Part shown: positions 51,135 to 60,140 of the stretch, piece by piece | How the letters are laid out: each line of letters opens with the position of its first letter | Position numbering within the stretch: position 1 is the stretch's first letter | Virus record (IMG/VR): IMGVR_UViG_2595698882_000001 | Coordinates: 64,001-128,000 of that record | Strand: one strand, 5' to 3' | Length of the DNA: 64,000 nt | Origin: a virus | Taxonomy: Duplodnaviria > Caudoviricetes | Position numbers and translations under genes: made by a program | The notes under the pieces: model-generated | Told to the model about the DNA's origin: nothing | Seen by the model: the letters and a program-made list of their open reading frames with translations, nothing else | The model's database searches: none

Positions 51135-51432
51135 TCGGTCTTTTTTCTTATCTACAGGCATGGTTCAAGAAACAAAAAACCTAACAAAATAGTGTATAAT
51201 AGAGATAGAGGGTAAACGGGTTTTTTCAAGGTAGTCTTAAACAGGCTGTATTTGTTTAAGATTGTACACTAAGCTTTAGTGGCTAAAAGTCAACAATGTT
51301 GTGATATTTTTAATAAAAATGACTGAATATTGAAAATATCTTGAACGATTTACTATATTAGTGTAGAGACCTTGATATATCAAGCTTTACCGCTATTTAA
51401 TAAATACACAATATTGGAAGGGTTGAACTAAA

Positions 51433-52173
51433 ATGGCAGATAAGAAAGACAATAAAAAGAAGTCCATGGGCTCCAGTAGCGTACTCGTACAGCTGTATAA
51501 CAACAGGAAGCTGGCAACAAAAGTAGATAACATGCTGGATGAAGGGCAAACCTACGATTACATTATCGACTTCTGTAAAGAAAACGGACTGAGTATTTCA
51601 AAAGCATCTTTGACTAACTATAAGAAAAAGCGGGAAGAATCTATACAGACAGGTAAACCGCTGTTGCAGCTGCTGGATAAGCGTGCTAAGGACAACGTTA
51701 CATACATAACAGAAAAGAAAGTAGAGGCTTTCAAGGAGAAACAGTCTGAGAAAGGATCGTCAGAGGACGGACATTCTCCGGCAACTATCCACGAATTTGA
51801 TAAGATGGACTCTATTTTCCACGATATTGAACTGTTAGATGACATCATCCGAAAAGGAGCCAAAGGGCTTAAGCAGTTTGATGTAGTGGACACTCCACTT
51901 GCAATGAAGGCAATCGAATTAAAAGCAAAGATCACGAACAACCAGCTCAACGGCTTATCTATTGCAGGGCTTAGAGAGCTAAAGCTGCGTCAACAAGCGA
52001 GAGCATCTGCATTAATGGAAGTTATCATGAAGTACGTACCAGAGGAGCAGCATGACTCTTTATTCGAGGATATGGACGCCGCAGAAAAAGCATTCTATGA
52101 GAACCTTGATCTGACTGAAGAAGACAAACGTATCAGTAGAGCATTAGACCAAGCTGGCTTTGGGCTAGAGTAA
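51433..52173 (+). CDS. Conserved protein with N-terminal HTH-like region (DUF3486/TerS-like?)
   Basis: VDNMLDEGQTY..II.F.KENGLSISKASL.NY; late-type promoter at 51351. Confidence 0.55.
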   Translation: MADKKDNKKKSMGSSSVLVQLYNNRKLATKVDNMLDEGQTYDYIIDFCKENGLSISKASLTNYKKKREESIQTGKPLLQLLDKRAKDNVTYITEKKVEAFKEKQSEKGSSEDGHSPATIHEFDKMDSIFHDIELLDDIIRKGAKGLKQFDVVDTPLAMKAIELKAKITNNQLNGLSIAGLRELKLRQQARASALMEVIMKYVPEEQHDSLFEDMDAAEKAFYENLDLTEEDKRISRALDQAGFGLE

Positions 52174-52187
52174 CTTGAGGAAGGAGA

Positions 52188-52670
52188 ATGATAATGGCTA
52201 CGTTAGACCCAGTTGAATACGTATCGCTGCCTTTCGCAGTGTATACAACATTAGAAGAGAAGTTACAGGCGTTATTAAATGGAGAGATGCTGCTTATTAA
52301 GAAGTTTGAGCAGCGGGAAGGTGCGGACGTACTTGTTCGACTGGAGAAGAAGAAATTCACCGTCACCCAGATTTCCTACGATGTTACATATACCGATAGG
52401 AACCCTCGATTCTGGGCTACATTTAACATAGGGATAAACGACCTATCTCTGTTTACCTGCTTTAAATTTGAGGAAGAGCTGTTTACCCATTCAAACCTAT
52501 TCCAGTTAAATGATAACGTATGGTACACAAGTGAGGACGGTCGTAAGGATACGGCTCTAGTAGAAGAAGTGTACGTGTCAGTTACAGACCCTACGAAGTA
52601 CGCATATAAGTTGTCCCGGGATGATGGACTGTACGCTGAAGAAGATTTATCACAAAACAAATACGCATAA
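52188..52670 (+). CDS. Hypothetical protein
   Basis: RBS; terminator at 52678-52712. Confidence 0.65.
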   Translation: MIMATLDPVEYVSLPFAVYTTLEEKLQALLNGEMLLIKKFEQREGADVLVRLEKKKFTVTQISYDVTYTDRNPRFWATFNIGINDLSLFTCFKFEEELFTHSNLFQLNDNVWYTSEDGRKDTALVEEVYVSVTDPTKYAYKLSRDDGLYAEEDLSQNKYA

Positions 52671-52722
52671 GGAACAGATACAGGGTGCTTAGGGCATCCT
52701 GTATTTTTTTTTATAAAAATCG

Positions 52723-52751
52723 TTGACAGTAACAAGACTGTATGATATTCT
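52723..52751 (+). promoter_or_regulatory. SigA-type promoter containing the ACAGT-N6-ACTGT palindrome
   Basis: TTGACA-N17-TATTCT; ACAGT AACAAG ACTGT at 52726-52741. Confidence 0.75.
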
Positions 52752-52792
52752 CTAAATATAGAAATTACATAAGCCTAGAGGAGGACGAAAAT

Positions 52793-53353
52793 GTGGAAAA
52801 GAATAAGAAGGTTGCTCCAATCCGTATTGTAGCAGAGGAAGGAAATACAGGGGAGTTTACCCGAGAGGACATTAAACTGATTGAGTCGATGTATGTTGCA
52901 GGTAAGCCTATTGCAGACATTGAGGCAGCACTTAACATCTCAAGAGGAACACTGTATAGCTACCTAGACCGTATGGGAGTGCAGCGCCGTATGGGTGCCC
53001 CTATGACATCCTCTACTCGTAAGCTGCTCACAATGAGTAAAGAGGACCAAGAAACGTTGATTCAGAGGTATGTTTCTGGAGAGAGAACACAAGACCTACA
53101 GAAAGAGTATGGCATCACAAAGCACGCATTATACAGTCTTTTAGACCGTGAAGGAGTACCTCGTAGAGGGCGAACAGGTAAAAGAACAAAGGCTAACTTC
53201 ATTACAAGTTCTAAATCACTGACAGTACCTCAACCTCTTGTAGATGTTCCCGCTATGCGTATCGAACGGGACGGAGATGTGCTGCATATCAACATTTCTC
53301 AGCAGCCGGACTGCCCAGTTACAGAAGTGAGGGTAACATTCGATAAGGAGTGA
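52793..53353 (+). CDS. Tandem-HTH DNA-binding protein
   Basis: Two repeats: Y..GK.IADIE..LNISRGTLYSYLDRMGVQRR and Y.SGE...DLQKEYGITKHALYSLLDREGVPRR; GTG start after GAGGAGG. Confidence 0.8.
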   Translation: MEKNKKVAPIRIVAEEGNTGEFTREDIKLIESMYVAGKPIADIEAALNISRGTLYSYLDRMGVQRRMGAPMTSSTRKLLTMSKEDQETLIQRYVSGERTQDLQKEYGITKHALYSLLDREGVPRRGRTGKRTKANFITSSKSLTVPQPLVDVPAMRIERDGDVLHINISQQPDCPVTEVRVTFDKE

Positions 53354-53358
53354 GAGGT

Positions 53359-53511
53359 ATGACACCTTTAGAAATACAGGAACGATTAAAGAAAGAAAAG
53401 CTGATGAACAGATTACAGCAGATGATCATTACAGGGGCTGCGCCGGAAGGTCATATCCCTTTCCTACGAAAAAAGGTAGAGAAACTTAAAATTGAATTGG
53501 GGGAATTTTGA
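53359..53511 (+). CDS. Hypothetical 50-aa protein, absent from the ORF track
   Basis: GAGG RBS; MTPLEIQERLKKEK...; TGATG coupling with the next gene. Confidence 0.6.
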   Translation: MTPLEIQERLKKEKLMNRLQQMIITGAAPEGHIPFLRKKVEKLKIELGEF

Positions 53512-53768
53512 TGAAGAAACTTCTTCTAGCTCCTGCGCTGCTCCTAGCGCTTGCCGGGTGCTCAGGGAACCCAGAGGAGGCTACCAAGGATGTGGACTGG
53601 GACACTGGTAGGTTTACAGAAGTGTCTGACGATGAGCTATTTGATGGTTGGGGCTATCTCAGGATTGTTCAAGACAACGTTACAGGCTGCCAGTATATAC
53701 TAACATACAAAGATGTTGTCACTCCAGTCCTTAAAGAAGATGGAAAACCTTACTGCGTTAAGAAATAA
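53511..53768 (+). CDS. Small lipoprotein (DUF6440-like)
   Basis: Lipobox LAGC; I..D..TGCQY...TP.L..DGKP. Confidence 0.75.
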   Translation: MKKLLLAPALLLALAGCSGNPEEATKDVDWDTGRFTEVSDDELFDGWGYLRIVQDNVTGCQYILTYKDVVTPVLKEDGKPYCVKK

Positions 53769-53916
53769 TGGAGAGTATAACTCCATCTCTAAGGGGTAAG
53801 TTATATGTATCGACACTGTAACTTACCCTGTATCATTTTTTTTTTGAAAAGGTGTTGACTAAAAGAAAACATCGTGTTATAGTTAAGGTAACAAATGAGT
53901 TACAGAAACAGGAGGA

Positions 53917-54666
53917 ATGGAAATGAGACAAGAGACTGTATTCAAAAAAGACAATGACGTAGCGATGGTATTCATGAATGAAAGTGGAAAGGTAGTAATC
54001 AAAAAAGGTAATGAGACTCGGGTGTTCAACCAAAGTGTGGGCTTCGATGACGTAGTAGAGAGCTTTCGAGAAGGTGGCTGGGTTGAAGGTGGATTCGAGG
54101 ACAGCAAGCGAGACATTAAAGCAGAGGTTCAAGCTTCCATTGACAGCCTTACAGAGCCTGAAGGATTTAAAGTTGTATCGTCTGAAGAACCTCGTATGGT
54201 TGTAGCTAAAACAGGCACAGGAACATCGTATTTAGCAGAAGCGGCTCAAAACTCCTTAGATCAAGAGGTGAGCCTAGAAATTATCCAAAAAGTGGACCAG
54301 TACATTGAGTTGCATAAACAGGCAGCAGAACTCAAGAGTCGTATGGAAGAGCTTAAAAAACCTGTACGTACCTATATGCAAGAGAATAACCATAAGAAAA
54401 TTAAAGGAACAAAAGGTGGATCAGTGGTTCTTCAAGACGCTACAGCGTCTAACTCAACAGCTATCTATTCTAACTACGAGCTTGGTGACATTGCACCTCT
54501 AGTTTCTACAAACTTCTTGAACAAAGTCACTGAGAGCAGAATTAACTCCGAGAAGCTTGAGGGGCTGCTTAAGACTCACGAGGGCTTGGATAAGGAGACT
54601 ATCGAGAAGATCAAAGAAGCAAAGATCGTAAAACCGGGAACACCTCGCTTCACAGTTAAAAAATAG
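53917..54666 (+). CDS. Hypothetical protein with coiled coil (gp157/Gam-like?)
   Basis: Strong promoter TTGACT..TATAGT and RBS upstream. Confidence 0.6.
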   Translation: MEMRQETVFKKDNDVAMVFMNESGKVVIKKGNETRVFNQSVGFDDVVESFREGGWVEGGFEDSKRDIKAEVQASIDSLTEPEGFKVVSSEEPRMVVAKTGTGTSYLAEAAQNSLDQEVSLEIIQKVDQYIELHKQAAELKSRMEELKKPVRTYMQENNHKKIKGTKGGSVVLQDATASNSTAIYSNYELGDIAPLVSTNFLNKVTESRINSEKLEGLLKTHEGLDKETIEKIKEAKIVKPGTPRFTVKK

Positions 54667-54673
54667 GAGGGGC

Positions 54674-55141
54674 ATGCACATGAGTATGAAGATTAACAGG
54701 TTAAAGCGGGAAAAGACAGAGTACCGAGATAAGAAAGGTACAGTTATTCGGGATGAGGATACTGTACTGTGGGAGAGCCAAATCTATGAGGTCTACAAAG
54801 ACCTCTTTATAGCTGACTGGGCGCTAGACAACGTCCTTGGGGCACCTATACCTCTAAAAGAGGTGCATAACCAAGTTTCTGTAGTTGTTGTCAAAGAAAT
54901 CCCCGGACTATCAGAAAATATAGAAAAAGAAGCTATGAAGCACCAGAAGCTTTTAACCCTAAGATTGGCTACTATGGAGAGTGAAGAACGTATCCTTCTT
55001 ATTATGTTCTACGAGCAGTACGTGCAGATAGCGACTTCTGAAGGGTTGACACCTAAGTCGATGTTAGATTTTATTGATGAGGACCTAGAGAGTATGGCAG
55101 AGGATGTACTAAACGGTTTAGAGAAAGGGTTGAATAACTAA
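54674..55141 (+). CDS. Hypothetical protein (YopX-like N-terminus)
   Basis: DKKG..I...D.V motif. Confidence 0.55.
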   Translation: MHMSMKINRLKREKTEYRDKKGTVIRDEDTVLWESQIYEVYKDLFIADWALDNVLGAPIPLKEVHNQVSVVVVKEIPGLSENIEKEAMKHQKLLTLRLATMESEERILLIMFYEQYVQIATSEGLTPKSMLDFIDEDLESMAEDVLNGLEKGLNN

Positions 55142-55347
55142 TGGAAAAGACGTATAAAGTAGAGGTAGATATTACACAGCGGTTTACTACAACAGTTACA
55201 GTGACTGGAGACTTTAAAGATGCTAATGATCCTAGAATTGATAAAGCAGCTGAACAAGAGGCTGATCGAATGGACCACGGAGCGTGGGACTGGCAAGATT
55301 CCGAGTTTGAAATTATGAATGTAAAAGAGGTATCAGAGGATGAGTAA
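55141..55347 (+). CDS. Small acidic hypothetical protein
   Basis: TAATG coupling. Confidence 0.6.
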   Translation: MEKTYKVEVDITQRFTTTVTVTGDFKDANDPRIDKAAEQEADRMDHGAWDWQDSEFEIMNVKEVSEDE

Positions 55348-55564
55348 GGAATTTGGACCAGACACAGTAGTAGTATTTTCAGTAGATACAGGTTATGTAG
55401 GTTGCGATAGAGAGGAAAAATTCACTTTAGGGGACTTAGGTATTATAGACGAGGGTGAAACTATCTCCGTAGACGACTTAGACTCTGCATTACAAGAAGC
55501 TTATGATAACTGGCTATGGGACAATATCAACTGTAACTATTATGTGGATGAGGAGTCTAAGTAA
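55340..55564 (+). CDS. Small acidic hypothetical protein
   Basis: RBS; coupled to upstream gene. Confidence 0.6.
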   Translation: MSKEFGPDTVVVFSVDTGYVGCDREEKFTLGDLGIIDEGETISVDDLDSALQEAYDNWLWDNINCNYYVDEESK

Positions 55565-55669
55565 AGCTGTCTGCGATAATAAACAAGAAAACATCATTGC
55601 GTTAAAAAAGAGGGCTGTATGCCTTCTTTTTTTTATTTTTTTTTTTTTGAAAAAGTGGTATAAAAACTA

Positions 55670-55698
55670 TAGACAGTAATATATCTGTATGTTACACT
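55670..55698 (+). promoter_or_regulatory. SigA-type promoter with a one-mismatch ACAGT-N6-(T)CTGT palindrome
   Basis: TAGACA-N17-TACACT; ACAGT AATATA TCTGT. Confidence 0.65.
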
Positions 55699-55762
55699 GT
55701 TTACAGATAGTAAATACAGGGTATATATAGTATTCTTAAAAATGAGAGGAGAGTTAAAGAAG

Positions 55763-56755
55763 ATGGCGAAAAAAACGGAGTTATTAACGACAGAGGAGAT
55801 TTTTGAACTGATTAGCGCAGCGCAATCTGGGTCAGAAGAGGCTGCTAACGTCTTAGTAAGTCGAAATCAGAGACTAGTTTTCCATGTATTAAAAAGAGTT
55901 TATTGTGCTCATGTTTCCCAAGAGGATTTAGTACAGATTGGAAATATAGGTCTCCTCAAAGCAATACAGAATTTTGACTTGAATAAAGGTGTGAGGTTCG
56001 GTACATACGCAGTTCCTTGTATCTTTGGAGAAATCATGAGGTTCCTAAGAGATGATGGAGTGGTCAAAGTTTCTAGACCAATCAAAGACTTAGCGATTAA
56101 AATTGCCAACAGCGGGTTAGTGAATTTGAATACTCAAGAGGTTATTGACGCTCTAAACCTTACGGAGAAACCGGAAACAGTACACTTAGCATTAACGTTT
56201 ATGGAGAATCGAATTACAATATCTACAGAGGCTGCTGTACTGAACGAGGGTACAGATGAGGAAATCTGCCTCAAAGACACTGTCCACCTTAGTAAAGACC
56301 TTAACGGGGATAACTGGATGGATAATATTGATTTAACAGAAGCAATGAAGGTACTAGACGAACGAGAACGAAGAATTATAGAACTTCGGTACTTCGGTGA
56401 CAGAACACAAGACTACGTAGCTGCCGATCTCGGAGTGTCCCAGACACATATTTACAGGTTGGAGAGACGTGCACTAAACAAGCTTAGAGATACGATGTTA
56501 TATGGAGGTACTGAGTTCGTTGAGGAAACCGAATCAGAGAAGCGCAGACGGGAAATGCGGGAAAAGGCGATTGAGTTATTAAAGAGCACTACAGACACCT
56601 ACGCCAGTATTTCAGAAGTGACAGGGTTGTCTGCTGCTACTATCAGTGATCTAGCTAGAAAGCATAGACCAGAGCATATGCGGAACAAGGGCAAGCGGAA
56701 AGGTATTTTAGGTTTACCTGCAAATACTAAAGCTAAGAAAGCTGCCACAGCTTAA
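55763..56755 (+). CDS. SigB/SigF/SigG-like sigma factor with extra C-terminal HTH
   Basis: EDLVQIG.IGLLKAI.NFD...G.RF.TYAVP.I.GEI.RFLRDDG.VKVSR; region 4 LRYFGD.TQ..VA..LGVSQ....RLE..AL.KLR; about 80-aa extension. Confidence 0.9.
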   Translation: MAKKTELLTTEEIFELISAAQSGSEEAANVLVSRNQRLVFHVLKRVYCAHVSQEDLVQIGNIGLLKAIQNFDLNKGVRFGTYAVPCIFGEIMRFLRDDGVVKVSRPIKDLAIKIANSGLVNLNTQEVIDALNLTEKPETVHLALTFMENRITISTEAAVLNEGTDEEICLKDTVHLSKDLNGDNWMDNIDLTEAMKVLDERERRIIELRYFGDRTQDYVAADLGVSQTHIYRLERRALNKLRDTMLYGGTEFVEETESEKRRREMREKAIELLKSTTDTYASISEVTGLSAATISDLARKHRPEHMRNKGKRKGILGLPANTKAKKAATA

Positions 56756-56772
56756 TACAGGAGGAGTTTACT

Positions 56773-57189
56773 ATGTCGAAAAGAGAAAATAAAGAACTAG
56801 CAATAAAACTACTAGGTTCTACCCAGATGTCTTATCAGCAGATTTCTAAAGAGACGGGAGTAAGCCGATCTACAGTAGCGTACATGGCAAAGAAATACCG
56901 ACCAGAGCATCTACTGAACTCAATAGGACGCAAGCCTAAAGGGGAGCTAGGAGTACCAAACATTCAGATAGACCTCTCCGAAGAGCCGCAGTCTGTTATT
57001 GTCCCTCACCCTGATTCGATTCCAGTAAGACGTAGTTCTAACGAGGGAGTAATAGTTAGTTTTAACCTGAGTGTTGAGGAGCAAGCAGTGCCTAAAGAGA
57101 CAGCGGTTAATCGACTTGAAGGGGTACTACAGGTTCTAAAGACGTTACCGGGGGATCAGGTATCTTTAAGCATGAAACTAGAACAGTAG
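56773..57189 (+). CDS. HTH protein paralogous to the sigma-factor C-terminal extension
   Basis: KELAIKLL.ST..SYQQISKETGVSRSTV...AKKYRPEH. Confidence 0.75.
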   Translation: MSKRENKELAIKLLGSTQMSYQQISKETGVSRSTVAYMAKKYRPEHLLNSIGRKPKGELGVPNIQIDLSEEPQSVIVPHPDSIPVRRSSNEGVIVSFNLSVEEQAVPKETAVNRLEGVLQVLKTLPGDQVSLSMKLEQ

Positions 57190-57199
57190 GAGGTAAATC

Positions 57200-57415
57200 A
57201 TGAAGAAGGATAAGTATATTGTCTGGGAAGTAGAGGACCTGCCGGAACTAACTAAGCAGGAACTAGATGTTCTGAACAGTATCTCAGAGCGTATGGCTAC
57301 GGAAAAACAGGTGAAAGGTAAAGACACAAACCCTAACTACCTTGTTGTTAAAACCAGTGCCGCTTATGCAGGGGTTGTTAAGGACCTCATGCGTCAACAT
57401 GGGGACTGGGACTGA
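57200..57415 (+). CDS. Small conserved phage protein
   Basis: KYIV..ED...L...E...L......GK....YLVV....YA..V. Confidence 0.65.
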   Translation: MKKDKYIVWEVEDLPELTKQELDVLNSISERMATEKQVKGKDTNPNYLVVKTSAAYAGVVKDLMRQHGDWD

Positions 57416-57513
57416 CTGTTAGTCCAGTTCCTTAATTTTTAGAAAGTTGTTGACACGCAGTCAAAGGAGACTGTATAATATAGCCATTGATACAGAGTAA
57501 AGGAGAGGCTGAA

Positions 57514-57738
57514 ATGAGTTTAATCAAAAGATTACGGGACATGGCAGATGACATCGAGAAACTTGAGGAAGAGATAGGTGAGTTACGATGGGAGCTTCTC
57601 GGAGCGGAGGTCACCTACAAAGGTAAAGAAGCTATTATTGACACAATTGACTGGAGAGCAAACCATGTATTATTAAACTACGATGATGAGAACTACGAGT
57701 GGGTGTCTTTTGCAGAAGGGGCTGATGACGATGAGTAA
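57514..57738 (+). CDS. Hypothetical protein
   Basis: TTGACA..TATAAT promoter; RBS. Confidence 0.6.
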   Translation: MSLIKRLRDMADDIEKLEEEIGELRWELLGAEVTYKGKEAIIDTIDWRANHVLLNYDDENYEWVSFAEGADDDE

Positions 57739-58609
57739 GTTTAAAAACGTAGAGGTCTTGATAGCAACACTCGATGAATGGGTAGAACGCCGGGTGAAGT
57801 CAATTGAAACCCGTCTTCATGAGGTAGATGAAAGGTACAGTCTCGTAGCTAATAAGGAGCCCGAAGTTAAAGAGTTAGCTGCTGCCACGGCGGAGATAGA
57901 GAGTTTCTTGAAAGATGTCATGGATGTGGATACTGACGACCCAAACCATCCCTTACAGTATGCAAAAGACACTATCGACCTTATGCTCTCAGAGATTCAA
58001 GAGTACAAGGACCTTCCAGTAGAGGAGGATGTAAGTGCAGAAGAGCCAGTATCTCAAAAAGAAACCCCATTGGAGCATACTCTCTCTGCCGAGTGCCTCA
58101 ATCAGTGGGCAGACGCATATACTAAATACCTTAAGGGGTGTCTAGAGGTCTTAGAAAAAAGTTCTCTCTCATTGGAAACCAGAGCGTCCCAACTTCAGTT
58201 AGTAGCAAGCCAACGAACTATGCTGGCGGCTTTACTCAACTCTATCGAGGGAGAAACCTACAGTAAAATGTTAGACGACCTACATGGTTATATTGAGTAC
58301 CTTTGGAAAGTCTTAGATAAGGAAAAGAAGGAAGGACCAAAGCCTAGAGAGGCAACTGAGGTAGAACTAGCCTTTGTGAGAGAAGTGAATAAACTCCAAG
58401 AAGAGGTAGACGTACTTGTAGCGTACAAAGCAGGTACTCCAGCTCTTAAAAAGGCACAGGATAGGGCTGTACTCCTCAAAAAATTATCACCCGCTTTGGG
58501 AGAGGACACTCCTAGTGAGATACCTCCAGTCTATGACATCCTACCCTCGACTTGTACAAAGATCGAGAATGCGATTAAAAAGCAGAGCAGCAACTATGGG
58601 ACGTATTGA
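57731..58609 (+). CDS. Helical hypothetical protein
   Basis: Long ORF; coupled start. Confidence 0.65.
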   Translation: MSKFKNVEVLIATLDEWVERRVKSIETRLHEVDERYSLVANKEPEVKELAAATAEIESFLKDVMDVDTDDPNHPLQYAKDTIDLMLSEIQEYKDLPVEEDVSAEEPVSQKETPLEHTLSAECLNQWADAYTKYLKGCLEVLEKSSLSLETRASQLQLVASQRTMLAALLNSIEGETYSKMLDDLHGYIEYLWKVLDKEKKEGPKPREATEVELAFVREVNKLQEEVDVLVAYKAGTPALKKAQDRAVLLKKLSPALGEDTPSEIPPVYDILPSTCTKIENAIKKQSSNYGTY

Positions 58610-58631
58610 GGATAAAAGGAGGAAAAAGTAA

Positions 58632-59837
58632 ATGATCGAAGTAAAAGGAAAATATAACTCAGCTAAAATCTTTACAGATAACATTGAAGAAACGGCAATG
58701 GGGCAGGTTATTGAACTGTGCAACCAAGAGTTTGCAAAGGACAGCAAGATTCGTATTATGCCTGATGTGCACGCTGGAGCAGGCTGCACAATCGGGACAA
58801 CAATGACAATTACAGACAAGGTAGTGCCAAATTTAGTCGGTGTGGACATTGGGTGTGGCTTGGAAGTTGCCTTCATCGACATAGATAAATCACAGGTGAA
58901 CTTCGACCAGTTAGACGAGGTTATTCGAAAATACGTACCTAGTGGCTTTGCTGTCCGAGATAGGGAGCACCAATACACTGAATTTGTTCCCCTGAGTTTG
59001 GTGAGAGCTCCGATTAATAAAAATCGTGCAAAGCTAAGCATTGGAACTCTTGGGGGTGGAAATCACTTCATCGAACTTAACGAGGTTGGTCCGGGGAGAG
59101 TAGCCCTTGTCATCCATTCAGGGTCACGAAGCTTAGGCAAGCAGGTCGCTGAGCATTACCAAGACAGAGCTTATGAAGAGCTTGTGGACGTTAAAAACGA
59201 GCAGCAGCGGATCATTGAAGAATTAAAGTCTCAAGGAAAAGCTCACGAAATTCATGAAGCCCTACGAGGCATTAAAAAGCCTAAGATCAAAAAAGACCTT
59301 GCATACTTACAAGGGAACTCTTTTGAAGACTATATGAACGATATGCGTATCGCTCAACGCCACGCTCTTTACAATCGAAAAGCCATGGTACAGCAAATTG
59401 TTGAACATATGGGTTGGGGTGCTGCGTGGCACATAGGAGACTCGTTTACTACGATTCACAACTACATCGACATGGATCACATGATCCTTCGTAAAGGTGC
59501 TATTTCCGCCCGGGAAGGTGAACGAGTGATCATCCCAATCAACATGAGAGATGGTAGCATCATTGCAGAAGGAACAGGTAACCCAGATTGGAACTTCTCC
59601 GGTCCTCATGGAGCTGGTCGAGTAATGAGCCGATCTAAAGCTAAGAAGAATCTCAACGTTGAAGACTTTAAGAAGTCAATGGAGGGTATCTGGACTTCTT
59701 CTGTAAACGAGCACACCTTGGATGAGGCACCTATGGTTTACAAGCCGCTGAATGAAATTCGAGAGAACATTGAAGAAGGCGAATCAGTCAAAGTGCTGCA
59801 AGTTATTAAACCAGTATACAACTTTAAAGCAAATTGA
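58632..59837 (+). CDS. rtcB: RtcB-family RNA ligase
   Basis: MPDVHAG.G..IG, VGVDIGCG, GTLGGGNHFIE, HSGSR, HNY, RKGA, HGAGR.MSR and DEAP..YK. Confidence 0.95.
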   Translation: MIEVKGKYNSAKIFTDNIEETAMGQVIELCNQEFAKDSKIRIMPDVHAGAGCTIGTTMTITDKVVPNLVGVDIGCGLEVAFIDIDKSQVNFDQLDEVIRKYVPSGFAVRDREHQYTEFVPLSLVRAPINKNRAKLSIGTLGGGNHFIELNEVGPGRVALVIHSGSRSLGKQVAEHYQDRAYEELVDVKNEQQRIIEELKSQGKAHEIHEALRGIKKPKIKKDLAYLQGNSFEDYMNDMRIAQRHALYNRKAMVQQIVEHMGWGAAWHIGDSFTTIHNYIDMDHMILRKGAISAREGERVIIPINMRDGSIIAEGTGNPDWNFSGPHGAGRVMSRSKAKKNLNVEDFKKSMEGIWTSSVNEHTLDEAPMVYKPLNEIRENIEEGESVKVLQVIKPVYNFKAN

Positions 59838-59847
59838 GGTGGCAAAA

Positions 59848-60111
59848 ATGGAAGGTATTTTAAAGAACCTACAGATAGAGCAGAACTCGGCGTTTTGGAA
59901 TGAGGCAGACAAGGCAATAGTCAAACTAACGGAGTTCCTAGATCGAGAACTCCCAGATAGTGCAAAAGAGGAAGTCATCTTAGTCCTCAGAGAGGTATTA
60001 GACGCTATTGAGAGTGTGGTAGACGATGCCTATGATGAAGGTGAAAAGGCAGGATATTCAGAGGGCTATGAGGAAGGCTACGATATCGCCATATATATGA
60101 ACGAAGACTAA
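59848..60111 (+). CDS. Acidic hypothetical protein with YxEG repeats
   Basis: GAGG RBS; AYDEG..AGYSEGYEEGYD. Confidence 0.6.
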   Translation: MEGILKNLQIEQNSAFWNEADKAIVKLTEFLDRELPDSAKEEVILVLREVLDAIESVVDDAYDEGEKAGYSEGYEEGYDIAIYMNED

Positions 60112-60140
60112 CAGACTAATACAACACAAGGAGAACTTAA

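Noticed and set aside
55565-55660. Long poly-T tract as a phase-variation site
   Set aside because: It is the tail of a terminator hairpin and a likely UP element in non-coding DNA
57457-57474. GCAGT-N8-ACTGT as a fifth operator copy
   Set aside because: Spacing is wrong (N8) and it has a mismatch; counted only under the general half-site enrichment
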